This document shows positions 18,593 through 29,017 of a stretch of DNA of 53,958 nucleotides, one piece after another. The position numbers and the translations under genes were made by a program. Position 1 is the stretch's first letter, and the number at the start of each line of letters is the position of its first letter. The notes beneath the pieces were generated by a model. The model was not told the DNA's origin and searched no databases. It worked only from the letters and a program-made list of their open reading frames with translations. Origin of the DNA: an uncultured bacterium. GTDB lineage: Bacteria; Krumholzibacteriota; Krumholzibacteriia; LZORAL124-64-63. The stretch lies in assembly GCA_965365795.1 (NCBI GenBank), contig CBDUDB010000001.1:1-53958 (forward strand), read 5' to 3'.

Positions 18593-21435
18593 CCGTGGGC
18601 CTCCGCCCAGTTGGCACCCGTATGCATGTCCACTACCAGAGGAACCTTGAGATCCAGAGCGCTTTCCATGCCCTCGCGCACCAGCGGCTCGAGGTTCTTC
18701 AAACCACCGGAAGGAACTTCAAAGACCAGTTCGTCATGCACCTGGAGCAAAAGCAGAGCACCGGTCCGGGACTTTTCCAGATCTTTTTGGATGCGAATCA
18801 TGGCCAGCTTGATCAGATCGGCCGCCGTTCCCTGGATGGGGGTATTGACCGCCACCCTTTCCTGGAATGAGCGGATCCGGTTGTTGGACGAATCGATGTC
18901 CGGTAAAAGTCTTTTCCTGCCCAGGAGCGTTTCCACCCAACCGTCACGATGGGCCTGTTCCTTGGTGGAATTGATAAAGTCCCGCACCCCGGGATAGGTT
19001 GCGAAATAGGTATCGATGAACGCGGTAGCTTCGTTCACCTTCACCTTGATCTGCCGCGCCAGGGCTCGGGACCCCATCCCGTAGATGACCCCGAAGTTGA
19101 TGGCCTTGGCCCGGCTGCGCATCTCGGAAGTCACCTGGGCTTCATCGACCCCGGCGATCAGGGCGGCGGTGCGACGGTGCACGTCGCCCCCCTCCTGAAA
19201 CACCGACAGCAGACCCGGATCGTCGGCCAGATGAGCCAGGAGCCGCAGTTCGATCTGGGAATAGTCGGCGGAAAGGAAGACGTTTCCGTCCACCCGGGGA
19301 ACAAAGGCCCGCCTGATCTGCCGACCCAATTCCGTGCGCACGGGAATGTTCTGCAGGTTGGGATCGGAACTCGACAAGCGACCCGTGGCCGCGACCGCCT
19401 GGTTGTAGGAGGTGTGGATGAGGCCCGTCTGAGGGTTGGCCAGCTGGGGCAAGGTTTCCACGTAGGTGTTCTGAAGCTTGGCCACCTGCCGGTATTCCAG
19501 AATCAGGGCGGGCAAATCGTGTTCGGCCGCCAGGGCGGTCAAGACCGAGACGTCCGTGCTCCAGCCGGTGGCGGTCTTCTTGATGGGTTTGAGACCCAGC
19601 TTTTCAAAAAGGATGACCGCGAGCTGTTTGGGACTCTGGATATTAAAATCCTCACCCGCCAGATCGATGATCTTTTTCTGGAGACCCTCCATCTCCTTTT
19701 CAAAGCGGGCGCGTAATTCCGCCAGGAAAGGACGGTCGATCATGATGCCGTTACGCTCCATGGTCAGCAACACCCCGGAGACCGGCATTTCAAGATTGCG
19801 GAACAGATCGACCAGACCGGAGTCAGCCAGCCGAGGCTCGAGGACCTGGTACAGACGCAGCGTGAAATCGGCGTCTTCTGCGGCGTACAGCCCGAGCCGA
19901 TCCCTATCAACCGACAGGATATCCTTGAGCCGGTCACCGGCCGCAAATAGTTCGCTGAAGGGCATCATCCGGTGATCCAGGAATTCGGCTACCAGGTCGT
20001 CCAGGCCATGGCTGCGCCTTCCGGGGTCCAGGATGTAGGACGCCAGCATGGTGTCGAAGCGTTCGCCCTTTAGATCCAGTCCGTGCCGGCCGAGAACCCA
20101 TTCATCGAACTTCAGATTCTGGCCGACTTTCAGACATTCCGACTCCAGGACGGGCTTCAATTTGTCCTGAACCGAGGCCAGACGGCTGACTTCCTTTCCC
20201 ACCGGAAAAAGGGTGTCGCCGGGGCCTTCGTTCGAATCGGTTTCGCGCCAAAGGATCGGGATATATGCCGGCTCCAGAAGACCACCGGACCGATCCCAGC
20301 CCGCCAGACTGATACCGACCAGCCGGCAGGTGTCCGACCGCAGACCATCGGTCTCGGTGTCGACCGCCAGCGGCGCCACCGGATCCCTCCGCTCCAGCCA
20401 GGCATCGAGTTTGTCATCGCTGTCCAGCAACCGGTAGCCGTGTTCGGCGCGGAGTTTCCTCCAGGCCGGTTCGGCCGGAGCATCGGATTTAGCCTGGGTT
20501 TTCGTGGTCGGAAGGGAGGGCGCTTCCGGCTCTTCCTCGGCGGTGACCGGGGCAACCTCCGCTCCGGCCATCTTGTCGATCTGGGCCAGAACCCGCCTCA
20601 GTCCCAAGGTCTGAAGCAGTTGGCGGACCTCCGCACCGGTCGGCAGTACGGTTGTCATGGAATCCCAGTCCAGGTCCAGTTCCACGTCCTGCCGGATGAT
20701 GAACAAATCCCGGGAAAGGAACACCCGGTCCCGGTTTTCGGTCAGCACCCTTTTCAGGCGGGGGGTCAGTTTGCTCTTTTCCAGGCCCTGGTAGAGTTTG
20801 TCCAAGGTGCCGAATTCCAGGATGAGCTTGCGCGCCGTCTTGTCCCCCACCCCTGGGGCGCCGGGAATGTTGTCCGCCGCGTCGCCGGCCAGGGCGAAAA
20901 CGTCAATCAAGGAGGCGGGTTCCAGCTTGTATTCCTTGCGAATGTCCTGGTCGGTGAACTCGATCGGATCGCTACTCTTTTTACCAGGCTTGAGCATGCC
21001 CGTGCGCCCATCCAGAAGCTGCATGAAGTCCTTGTCGCCGGTGTACAGCCAGACCTGATCACAAACGTCCGCCGATTGCCGGGCCACGGTACCCATGACG
21101 TCGTCCGCCTCCACCCCTGCCTTCTCCAGCACCGCAATTCCCCAGGCCGACAGCAATTCCTTGAGGCGGGGCAACTGCTCGGCCAGTTCGGTGGGCATGG
21201 GTTTGCGGTTGGCCTTGTACTCGGGATACATCTCGTGCCTGAAATTCTTTCCTTTGACGTCGAACACCACGGCCAACCGCTCGGGTGCATGAGTCTCGAT
21301 GAGCCGCAGAATGGAGTTGAAGAAGCCGAAGGCCACCGAGGTGGTTTCACCGTTGGGCGCGGTCAAGGGACGCTTGATGAATCCGTAATGGGCTCGGTAG
21401 AAGAGGGCGGAACCATCAATCAGAATCAGGGACAT
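18589..21435 (-). CDS. polA: DNA polymerase I
   Basis: 948 aa. It has a 5'-3' exonuclease N-terminus (LILIDGSALFYRAHY), a 3'-5' exonuclease-like domain and family A polymerase motifs (DYSQIELRLLAHL, QVHDELVFE). Confidence 0.95.
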   Translation of the reverse strand: MSLILIDGSALFYRAHYGFIKRPLTAPNGETTSVAFGFFNSILRLIETHAPERLAVVFDVKGKNFRHEMYPEYKANRKPMPTELAEQLPRLKELLSAWGIAVLEKAGVEADDVMGTVARQSADVCDQVWLYTGDKDFMQLLDGRTGMLKPGKKSSDPIEFTDQDIRKEYKLEPASLIDVFALAGDAADNIPGAPGVGDKTARKLILEFGTLDKLYQGLEKSKLTPRLKRVLTENRDRVFLSRDLFIIRQDVELDLDWDSMTTVLPTGAEVRQLLQTLGLRRVLAQIDKMAGAEVAPVTAEEEPEAPSLPTTKTQAKSDAPAEPAWRKLRAEHGYRLLDSDDKLDAWLERRDPVAPLAVDTETDGLRSDTCRLVGISLAGWDRSGGLLEPAYIPILWRETDSNEGPGDTLFPVGKEVSRLASVQDKLKPVLESECLKVGQNLKFDEWVLGRHGLDLKGERFDTMLASYILDPGRRSHGLDDLVAEFLDHRMMPFSELFAAGDRLKDILSVDRDRLGLYAAEDADFTLRLYQVLEPRLADSGLVDLFRNLEMPVSGVLLTMERNGIMIDRPFLAELRARFEKEMEGLQKKIIDLAGEDFNIQSPKQLAVILFEKLGLKPIKKTATGWSTDVSVLTALAAEHDLPALILEYRQVAKLQNTYVETLPQLANPQTGLIHTSYNQAVAATGRLSSSDPNLQNIPVRTELGRQIRRAFVPRVDGNVFLSADYSQIELRLLAHLADDPGLLSVFQEGGDVHRRTAALIAGVDEAQVTSEMRSRAKAINFGVIYGMGSRALARQIKVKVNEATAFIDTYFATYPGVRDFINSTKEQAHRDGWVETLLGRKRLLPDIDSSNNRIRSFQERVAVNTPIQGTAADLIKLAMIRIQKDLEKSRTGALLLLQVHDELVFEVPSGGLKNLEPLVREGMESALDLKVPLVVDMHTGANWAEAHG

Positions 21436-21447
21436 GGGCCACGCCTT

Positions 21448-22041
21448 TCACGACGAGTAGAGTCGGTGGGCGTCGATATATTCCACAACCCCGCGGGGCA
21501 ACTGTTCTTCAGGCAATATACCCTGGCGCAGCATAGCACGTACCGTGGTGGATGACACGGGATGGTCGAAATCCGCCACGGGAATGACACGGGCCGGATC
21601 GAGCCCCGCGTACCGGATCGCTTCGGGGGTGGGACCGAAATCATCTCGGGAATAGACGACGATGTCCGCCAGCTCCTGGATCCGCTCCGGACTGCGCCAT
21701 CCCGAAAACCCGGCCAGGTTGTCGACTCCGATGACCAGTCTCAACCGGTCTTCGGGAAATTCGCAGGCCATTTCCTCCAGGGTTTCCACGGTGAATGACA
21801 CTCCGCCCCGGACAATTTCACGGTCATCAACCCAGGTCGCATCATGTCCGGCAAAAGCCAGGCGCACCATGGCCAGACGATCGGCAGGGGCCGCGGAATT
21901 CTCGAACTTGTGAGGGGAAAGCCAGGCAGGAACGATCACCAGAAGGTCGGCCAGTTCGCTGTCCAGCATGTGATCCACGATGGCCAGATGACCAAGATGT
22001 ACCGGATCAAAGGATCCCCCCAAAACGGCCCGAATCATCAC
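21448..22041 (-). CDS. nadD: Nicotinate-nucleotide adenylyltransferase
   Basis: 197 aa with GGSFDPVHLGHL (the (H/T)xGH nucleotidyltransferase motif) and a C-terminal SSTTVR-type motif. Confidence 0.9.
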   Translation of the reverse strand: MMIRAVLGGSFDPVHLGHLAIVDHMLDSELADLLVIVPAWLSPHKFENSAAPADRLAMVRLAFAGHDATWVDDREIVRGGVSFTVETLEEMACEFPEDRLRLVIGVDNLAGFSGWRSPERIQELADIVVYSRDDFGPTPEAIRYAGLDPARVIPVADFDHPVSSTTVRAMLRQGILPEEQLPRGVVEYIDAHRLYSS

Positions 22042-22832
22042 TCGCTGTCCCCTTCGTCCTCCTTGTCATCCAGATTTCGCAGGGCCTTTTCGGCCCGGCC
22101 GGTGTACCGGCTGTCCGGAAATTCGGAAATGAGCCGTTCGTAGCTGCGTCCGGCTGAATCGGGATCGTCCAGTTTTTCTGCCGCCTGGGCCCGTTCCCAG
22201 AGAACTTCCGGGATGAGAGAACTTCCCGCTTCTTCAACCAGGACATCATCCATGGTGATGGCCACGGCCTCATAACGTCGCAATTGCTTGTAGATCTTGA
22301 TCTGCTCAAGCCTTTTCTGGACCATCAAATCCGAAATCTGCTCCATGTAGGCCGTTACCTCGGGCATGCGCGCTGAGCCCGGATACTCCTGGCTGAATTT
22401 CAAGAAGTGCAGCCTGGCTTCGTAGGCCCCGGTAATATCGCGTTGAATACGGCCGACCTGCTCCAGATAGGAAACTCCCTCCTGGAAAAGGGCATCCTCG
22501 ACCAGAGGGCTGGTCGGATAATCCTTGCGCAGGATCTGGAATTCCACCCCGGCCAGAGGGTACTCCCCCATGGACATGTAAGTCATACCTTTGAGATACT
22601 GGGCCTCGGCCGACAGGCTGTCGGTAGGATTGTTGCGAATGTAGGACTCCAGGGCGGCCACGGCTTCAGGGTCCTTGCCCTGTTCAGCAAAAAACACACC
22701 CCGTTCAAAACTGCCCACCGGATGGGGATTGGTGGCGCCACAACCGGCCAGCATCATTCCCAGACCTGTCAGAACCCCGGCGCCTAACCAGGCAACCAAC
22801 AGCACCCGCGGTCCTTTTGAAATATTGAACAC
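22038..22832 (-). CDS. bamD: Outer membrane protein assembly factor BamD (TPR lipoprotein)
   Basis: 264 aa. It has a lipobox (MMLAGCG) followed by TPR-like repeats of the BamD/YfiO type. Confidence 0.8.
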   Translation of the reverse strand: MFNISKGPRVLLVAWLGAGVLTGLGMMLAGCGATNPHPVGSFERGVFFAEQGKDPEAVAALESYIRNNPTDSLSAEAQYLKGMTYMSMGEYPLAGVEFQILRKDYPTSPLVEDALFQEGVSYLEQVGRIQRDITGAYEARLHFLKFSQEYPGSARMPEVTAYMEQISDLMVQKRLEQIKIYKQLRRYEAVAITMDDVLVEEAGSSLIPEVLWERAQAAEKLDDPDSAGRSYERLISEFPDSRYTGRAEKALRNLDDKEDEGDSE

Positions 22833-22868
22833 GAATTCCTCCCTGGCGTCCGGTTACCGGGCGCCTGG

Positions 22869-23573
22869 TCAGTTACCGGTATTGGCAAAGTAGACGGCGA
22901 TCAGTCCGACGAGAGTGCCCAATACCAAAATCTCTTCCATCCGGCTCTGCCACCCACTGCCCGCCTTCTCCGCGGTGGTGAAAGGATATAGACCGGATTC
23001 AACACTGTCGAAATCGTCGCTGTCTACGCGGTCGCTGAACTTCCGCTCCACGATTTCCTTGAACAGGAGTTGTCCTCCAGGGGAGGCGGAAATTTCGACC
23101 GAGGCCGTCACGGCAACTTCCCGTCCAACCCAGCGTTGCCAGATACCCAGGGTCCGGCCGACTTCCGGATAGGTCAGGTCAACATCCACGACCGAGTAGT
23201 TGAAGACAAAGTCATAAGGGCCGATTTCGGTGGAATCATCGGCGGCCACAAAAAGTTCGTAACCATTTTTGCGCAAAAGTCCCGTGGCAACGGTTCCGAA
23301 AAGTTCATTCTTGCCGTCCCCCGTCTTCCCCACCAGAAGAATGGCACCAGGAGCCGCAGGTATGAAACTGGCGGCGTGAGCAACGATTTCTCCCATCAGA
23401 GCCTCAGTAAGCCAGAGGTTGGTTCGGACCGTATCGGGTTCCGCCAAACCAGGCAATTGGACCACGGATTTGGCGGCCACATCCTCTTCGGCGTGGACCA
23501 CAGCAAAACCGCTGACCAGCATAACCGTGGCCAACACTAGAATCATCGTCGTCGAACCGGATTTCCTGTCCAT
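22869..23573 (-). CDS. Hypothetical envelope protein with N-terminal signal/anchor and C-terminal TM helix
   Basis: The start is placed at MDRKSGSTTMILVLATVMLVSGFAVVHAEED (the ORF-track start would overlap rimO). There is a C-terminal hydrophobic helix ILVLGTLVGLIAVYF. I recognise no family. Confidence 0.6.
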   Translation of the reverse strand: MDRKSGSTTMILVLATVMLVSGFAVVHAEEDVAAKSVVQLPGLAEPDTVRTNLWLTEALMGEIVAHAASFIPAAPGAILLVGKTGDGKNELFGTVATGLLRKNGYELFVAADDSTEIGPYDFVFNYSVVDVDLTYPEVGRTLGIWQRWVGREVAVTASVEISASPGGQLLFKEIVERKFSDRVDSDDFDSVESGLYPFTTAEKAGSGWQSRMEEILVLGTLVGLIAVYFANTGN

Positions 23574-23632
23574 TGGTTCGGTATCCCTTTCTTGGCGCCA
23601 ACATTTCCCGATCCCCGGTCCGGGAATCGCCG

Positions 23633-25093
23633 TTAACGAAGAGTTGCCCACACATCAAAACCCGTGACCGCCCGGAACTCGGCTTGCACCCATTGCCCTG
23701 GGTGGAGCTGGTCCGCGGGCATCAATATCACCCCGTCCAGATCGTAGCCGAAATGATAACTCCGGCACACCGCCAGCGAAACACCCGATCTCAATACACC
23801 GGCGGCGGTTTCGCGTTCCGAATCATCGGCCCAGACACCGTCCTGGAAGGAATCGAGGATCCCCTGGGTCTGTTCAGCACTCTCGGATCCGGGAACGATC
23901 ACCTCGTCAACCACGGCGCTGAATGACTGGCCCAACCTGGCGCTCTGCCGCCCCAGGGATATCTCCGACTGCAGATCCATGATCAAAGCTTCGCGATCAT
24001 GAATCAACTCGTCCGGAACCCGGTCCGGCAGGCTGGCCGATGGCGTCCCCTTTTCCGGTGAAAACCGATAGGTGCCCAGATGGTCGAATTCCACTTCAGC
24101 CAGGAAATCGGCCAGCAGCGAGACATCCTCCTCCTCTTCCCCCGGAAAACCGAGCAAGGCCGTGGAACGCAGCACCAGATCGGGCCTGTCCCGGCGCAGG
24201 GCACCGAAAAAATCGGGAGATGCCTTGAACCCACCGGGACGGCGCATGGCCTTCAGGATCCGTGGGGAGGCGTGCTGGATGGGAATATCGAAATAGGGGG
24301 CGACTTTTTCCATTTCCAGCAAACGTCGCAGGTCATCGACCGAAACCATGCCGGCATACAGATAAAGCAGCCGCATGCGGCGCAGACCGTCCACACGGTT
24401 CAGGTTCTGGACAAGTTCAATGAGGGTCTGACCGGTATCACGACCAAAATCGCTGGTGTTCTGGGAAACCAGCTGGATCTCCGTCACTCCCTGGGCCACC
24501 ATCTGCCGCACCTCGATGACGATCTCTTCCACCGAGCGGCTGCGCTGTTTGCCCCTGATCAGGGGAATCCGACAGAAGGTGCAGCTGCAGTTGCAGCCCT
24601 CGCCAATCTTAACGAAGGCCACGTGAGACGGGGTCAGAAGCGGACGACCCACCAGGCCGGTGTAGTTGACGGCCATGGGATCATCGACGATCGGAGGCCC
24701 GGCCAACGGAAAGGCTGATGGTTGGTCTGTTCCCGCCACGGTGGCCGCCGACTCATCACCCAGACAAGCGGCCACCACCCGGTCGAATTGGCCGACACCG
24801 GCGACAACATCCACCTCCGGAAAACGTTTCTGAATGTCGTCACCATGTTCCTGGGACCAGCAGCCGCAGACCACCAGAGTGCGATCGGCCTTGCCTGCAA
24901 CCAGGGACTGCAGCGTTTCCTCGCTGTCGCTGCGGGCGGCGTCGATGAAGCCGCAACTGTTGAGGACCCAGATGTCGGCTTCTTCGGGATCGGCCACCGG
25001 TTGGATACCCCGGGACAGGAATCGCCCCAGCAGGGCCTCTGAATCCACCAGATTCTTGTCGCACCCCAGGGTGGCGCAGAACACCCGTTTCAT
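23633..25093 (-). CDS. rimO: Ribosomal protein S12 methylthiotransferase RimO (radical SAM, MiaB family)
   Basis: 486 aa with an N-terminal MTTase domain (TLGCDKNLVDSE), a radical-SAM CxxxCxxC (CNCSCTFC) and a C-terminal TRAM-like domain. Its ATG shares 1 nt with the ftsK stop. Confidence 0.88.
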   Translation of the reverse strand: MKRVFCATLGCDKNLVDSEALLGRFLSRGIQPVADPEEADIWVLNSCGFIDAARSDSEETLQSLVAGKADRTLVVCGCWSQEHGDDIQKRFPEVDVVAGVGQFDRVVAACLGDESAATVAGTDQPSAFPLAGPPIVDDPMAVNYTGLVGRPLLTPSHVAFVKIGEGCNCSCTFCRIPLIRGKQRSRSVEEIVIEVRQMVAQGVTEIQLVSQNTSDFGRDTGQTLIELVQNLNRVDGLRRMRLLYLYAGMVSVDDLRRLLEMEKVAPYFDIPIQHASPRILKAMRRPGGFKASPDFFGALRRDRPDLVLRSTALLGFPGEEEEDVSLLADFLAEVEFDHLGTYRFSPEKGTPSASLPDRVPDELIHDREALIMDLQSEISLGRQSARLGQSFSAVVDEVIVPGSESAEQTQGILDSFQDGVWADDSERETAAGVLRSGVSLAVCRSYHFGYDLDGVILMPADQLHPGQWVQAEFRAVTGFDVWATLR

Positions 25094-27492
25094 CAGGCCT
25101 GCCCCTCTTCCATGCGTTGCAGGTCTTCGGGTTTGATCAGGACGTCACGGGCCTTGCTGCCGGTAAAGGGGCCGACGATCCCGGCTTCCTCGAGCATGTC
25201 CATCAGGCGTCCGGCGCGGGTGTAACCGATGCGCAACCTTCTTTGCAGGAGGGAAGTGGAGCCGCTCTGGTGCAGGACCACCACTTCGCGGGCGGCCTCG
25301 TACAGGTCGTCCTCCCCGGTGACCATGCCCCCGCCGGCGGGGTTTTCCTGCAGACTGATTTCATCCGTGGAGCCTTCGAACTGTCGCCAGTGCGCGGCGA
25401 TGGCTTCGCACTCGTCCACGTCGATAAATGATCCGTGGACACGGACCGGCAGGGCCCGCCCCGGCTGCAGATACAGCATGTCCCCGTGGCCGAGCAGCTG
25501 TTCGGCTCCATTCATGTCCAGCACGGTGCGCGAATCGTTTTTCTGGATGACCCGGAAGGCGATCCGGCAGGGAATGTTGGCCTTGATGACCCCGGTCAAG
25601 ACGTCGACGCTGGGCCGCTGAGTGGCAAGTATGAGGTGGATGCCCACCGCCCGGGCTTTTTGAGCCAACCGGGTGATGGGACCCTCGATGTCGTGGCCGA
25701 GCTGGAGCATGAGGTCGGCAAGCTCGTCGACAATGGTCAGGAAATAGGGCATCAGTTCGGTCACTGTTTCCCCGTCCGAATCGACGACCTCACCCTTGAC
25801 CACTTTGTCATTGTATTGCTGGATATTTCGCACCGTACACTTGGCCAGCTGCCGGTAACGAAACTCCATCTGAGCCACCATCCACTGAAGGGCCTTGAGC
25901 GACTCCCGTGGATCCGTGACCACCGGCAGCAGCAGATGGGGAATGCCGTTGTAGACATTCATCTCCAGCATCTTGGGATCGATCAGCACCATGCGCAGGC
26001 GTGATGGATCATTGCGCAGGATAAGGTTGGAAATGATCGAGTTCAGGCAGACGGACTTGCCGCTGCCGGTGGACCCGGCCACCAGCAAGTGCGGCAACGA
26101 GGCGATATCGATGCTCACCGGACGCCCCACCACGTCCTTGCCCAGCACCACCGAAAGAGGTTCGCGTTTCTGATGACGGGTCAATTCCAGGACTTCACGC
26201 AGGCGGACCATGCGGGCGGTGGGGTTGGGGATTTCGATGCCGACGGCGGCCTTGCCCGGAATGGGCGCTTCCATGCGGATGGACCGAGCGCGCATGGCCA
26301 GGGCCAGGTCATCACTCCGCTGCACGATCTGGTTCACCCTGATACCGGGGCCGGGTTGGTATTCGAAAGTGGTCACCACCGGGCCCGGCCGGACATCCTT
26401 GACCTCGCCCTCGACGCCAAAGGAACGGAGAGTCTCCTCCAGAAGATCGGCGGCCTGGTCCAGTTCCGTGTCGGATATCTGCTGGGTTTCAGGACCGGCG
26501 GGAGTCAGAAGTTCCAATCCCGGCAACGTCACCGGACCCGAATTTTTCTTGACCTTTTTCAGACGCTTGCGTTTGGGTTTTCCCCCAGGGGGCACGGAAC
26601 CATCCCCGACAAAATCTCCGGCTGCGCCGGGCAAGATTCTTTCTTCAGGAATTTCTTCCGGTTCGAAACTCTCGGGCGCCGATTCGGGCTCGGGCTCCTG
26701 GTGCACCCTCCGGTCCCGAGACCCGGATTCCGGGGGCGCCTCATCCCAATACTCCTCGTCCGCATCGGCAACTTCGAAGGAGGCCTCGTCCTCATCCTGG
26801 TCGCGCTTGAACGGCGCGGTGAAGACTCCGGCCAACCAGCGGCCCAGACCGGCGACGGCGGCCACAGGCCAGCTCACCACGTCCCCCAGGCCTTGGAAAA
26901 AGGCTCCCAGCCAGCGTCCCACTCCTGAAAAAAGGCCACCCAGGCCACCCAGCCATGGTTTGAAGATCAGGATCCCGGCTACCAGCAGGAAAAAGGTGAG
27001 AAAGATGCGCCCCCCCCAGAGGCCGAACGGGGCATGGAAAGCACGGGCCAGGAAGACACCGGCCACCCCACCCAAACGGGCACCGGTTTCCGGGTCGAAG
27101 GGACCGCCGGGTTGCGCCAGCCAGGCCGAGGTAATTAGCCAGAAGGGAATAGCTCGTAAAACCCACGGGCGGAGTTTGTGTTGACCGCCGACCAGGAAAC
27201 CGATCCCGGCCGCCGCCACCATGAAGGGAATCGTCCAGCACCACAGGCTGCCGAAAACCAGATGCAGGATCACATTGAGGACCGACCCGACGGGCCCGCC
27301 CGGATTGGGAAAGGCCAGATAATCCCCGGCGCTCTCTCCCTTGAGTATTCCCCACCAGGCGCCCGGATCCCCGGAAAGGGCCAGACCGGCATACGCGGCT
27401 ACCGCCACCAGCAGCAGGCCGGTCAGCCAGGCCGCTTCGTACCAGGGACGCCCAGTTTTCTTTTTAGCCTTCTTCTGATTTCGCCCTGACAC
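25093..27492 (-). CDS. ftsK: DNA translocase FtsK/SpoIIIE
   Basis: 799 aa: N-terminal TM helices, an acidic/Pro-rich linker, a motor domain (GSTGSGKS Walker A) and a winged-helix gamma domain ([22 protein letters not shown]). The GTG start overlaps the accC 3' end by 29 nt. Confidence 0.93.
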   Translation of the reverse strand: MSGRNQKKAKKKTGRPWYEAAWLTGLLLVAVAAYAGLALSGDPGAWWGILKGESAGDYLAFPNPGGPVGSVLNVILHLVFGSLWCWTIPFMVAAAGIGFLVGGQHKLRPWVLRAIPFWLITSAWLAQPGGPFDPETGARLGGVAGVFLARAFHAPFGLWGGRIFLTFFLLVAGILIFKPWLGGLGGLFSGVGRWLGAFFQGLGDVVSWPVAAVAGLGRWLAGVFTAPFKRDQDEDEASFEVADADEEYWDEAPPESGSRDRRVHQEPEPESAPESFEPEEIPEERILPGAAGDFVGDGSVPPGGKPKRKRLKKVKKNSGPVTLPGLELLTPAGPETQQISDTELDQAADLLEETLRSFGVEGEVKDVRPGPVVTTFEYQPGPGIRVNQIVQRSDDLALAMRARSIRMEAPIPGKAAVGIEIPNPTARMVRLREVLELTRHQKREPLSVVLGKDVVGRPVSIDIASLPHLLVAGSTGSGKSVCLNSIISNLILRNDPSRLRMVLIDPKMLEMNVYNGIPHLLLPVVTDPRESLKALQWMVAQMEFRYRQLAKCTVRNIQQYNDKVVKGEVVDSDGETVTELMPYFLTIVDELADLMLQLGHDIEGPITRLAQKARAVGIHLILATQRPSVDVLTGVIKANIPCRIAFRVIQKNDSRTVLDMNGAEQLLGHGDMLYLQPGRALPVRVHGSFIDVDECEAIAAHWRQFEGSTDEISLQENPAGGGMVTGEDDLYEAAREVVVLHQSGSTSLLQRRLRIGYTRAGRLMDMLEEAGIVGPFTGSKARDVLIKPEDLQRMEEGQA

Positions 27493-28846
27493 GCAAACCC
27501 TCCTGCAGATGGGTCAATTCCGTCTCGAGGAAGCTTGTCGTGGCCTTTCCATCCAGGAATACCTGGTTGTTCAACACCTCGAGGTGAAACGGCGTGCTGG
27601 TGGGCAATCCTTCGAAAACGCATTCCGCCAGGGCCCGCCGCATCCGTGCGACAGCTTCATCACGATCCTTGCCGTGAACGATAATCTTGGCCAAGAGAGA
27701 GTCGTAGTAGGGAGGCACCAGATAGTCGGAATAGATATGGGTATCGACCCGTATCCCGGGTCCTCCGGGAGCGTGGTAGTAAAATACGCGTCCGGGGCAG
27801 GGCATGAAATCCCGCTCCGGATTTTCGGCGTTGATCCGGCACTCGATGGAATGTCCGGTGACCTTCACGTCGTCCTGGGTGAAATCGAATTTTTCACCGG
27901 CGGCCACCTTGATCATCCACTTCATGAGATCAAAACCGGTGACCATTTCGGTAACCGGATGTTCCACCTGGATCCTGGTATTCATCTCCATGAAGTAGAA
28001 GGATTCGTCCTCGTCGAGAAGAAATTCCACCGTCCCGGCGCTGCGGTAACCTACCCGCTTGGCCAGGCGGACGGCGGCCTCACCCATTTTGGCTCGCAGT
28101 TTCGGGGTCACGGCGGGCGAAGGCGCTTCTTCGATTAATTTCTGATGCCGGCGTTGAACCGAACAATCCCGTTCGCCGAAATGAATGACGGTGCCGTGTT
28201 CATCCCCCATCAACTGGACTTCCACGTGTCGGGGATTGACCAGGTACTTCTCCAGGTAGACCGCGTCGTTGGCGAAAGCCGCGCCGGCTTCGGTCCGGGC
28301 GGCAACGTAGTTTTTGCGCAGTTCTTCCTCATCCCAGGCCACTCGCATACCCTTGCCGCCACCGCCGGCGGTGGCCTTGATGATGACGGGATACCCGAAC
28401 TTGACCGCGGCTATGACCGCATCCTCCACATCATCCACCAAACCGGTTCCGGGCACGGTGGGAACCTTGGCTTTATCGGCCATGGTCCGGGCAGTAGCTT
28501 TGTCGCCCATCTGCCGGATGACCTCGGCTTGAGGGCCGATCCAAACAAAGTTGTTGTCTTGACAGATCTCGGCGAACTCAGCGTTTTCAGCCAGGAAGCC
28601 GTAGCCGGGATGGATGGCTTCCGCACCGGTGATCTCGGCCGCGGCAATGATGTTCGGGATCCGCAGATAACTCTCAGCGCTGGAAGTCTTCCCCACGCAG
28701 ACCGATTCGTCCGCGTACTTGACGTGAAGGGATTCGGTGTCGGCGGCCGAATGAATGGCCACGCTCTGGATACCCAGCTCGCGGCAGGCCCTCATGATGC
28801 GCAGGGCTATTTCGCCACGATTGGCGACCAGGATTTTCTTGAACAT
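27464..28846 (-). CDS. accC: Acetyl-CoA carboxylase, biotin carboxylase subunit
   Basis: The start is placed at [26 protein letters not shown], and the ATP-grasp motifs run throughout. The nine-codon upstream extension in the track is rejected. Confidence 0.95.
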   Translation of the reverse strand: MFKKILVANRGEIALRIMRACRELGIQSVAIHSAADTESLHVKYADESVCVGKTSSAESYLRIPNIIAAAEITGAEAIHPGYGFLAENAEFAEICQDNNFVWIGPQAEVIRQMGDKATARTMADKAKVPTVPGTGLVDDVEDAVIAAVKFGYPVIIKATAGGGGKGMRVAWDEEELRKNYVAARTEAGAAFANDAVYLEKYLVNPRHVEVQLMGDEHGTVIHFGERDCSVQRRHQKLIEEAPSPAVTPKLRAKMGEAAVRLAKRVGYRSAGTVEFLLDEDESFYFMEMNTRIQVEHPVTEMVTGFDLMKWMIKVAAGEKFDFTQDDVKVTGHSIECRINAENPERDFMPCPGRVFYYHAPGGPGIRVDTHIYSDYLVPPYYDSLLAKIIVHGKDRDEAVARMRRALAECVFEGLPTSTPFHLEVLNNQVFLDGKATTSFLETELTHLQEGLRVRAKSEEG

Positions 28847-28960
28847 GGAGGACTTCCCGTCAGAAAGGCACACAAAACCTCACCCTGGGTCGGCTGAATA
28901 CCGCCCCGGGGCAATTTTCCTTGGTCGAGTTCTGTATTTTGGGGTTCAGGGCACTTGATG

Positions 28961-28994
28961 GCAAGAGAAAATGGCCCCCTCAGAGGCCATTTTC
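28961..28994 (-). terminator. Intrinsic terminator-like hairpin 3' of pilT
   Basis: The minus strand reads GAAAATGGCC-TCTGAGGG-GGCCATTTTC. This is a perfect 10-bp stem followed by TCTT, located 24 nt after the pilT stop. Confidence 0.6.
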
Positions 28995-29017
28995 CCGATC
29001 TTGAGTTTGAAAAACCC

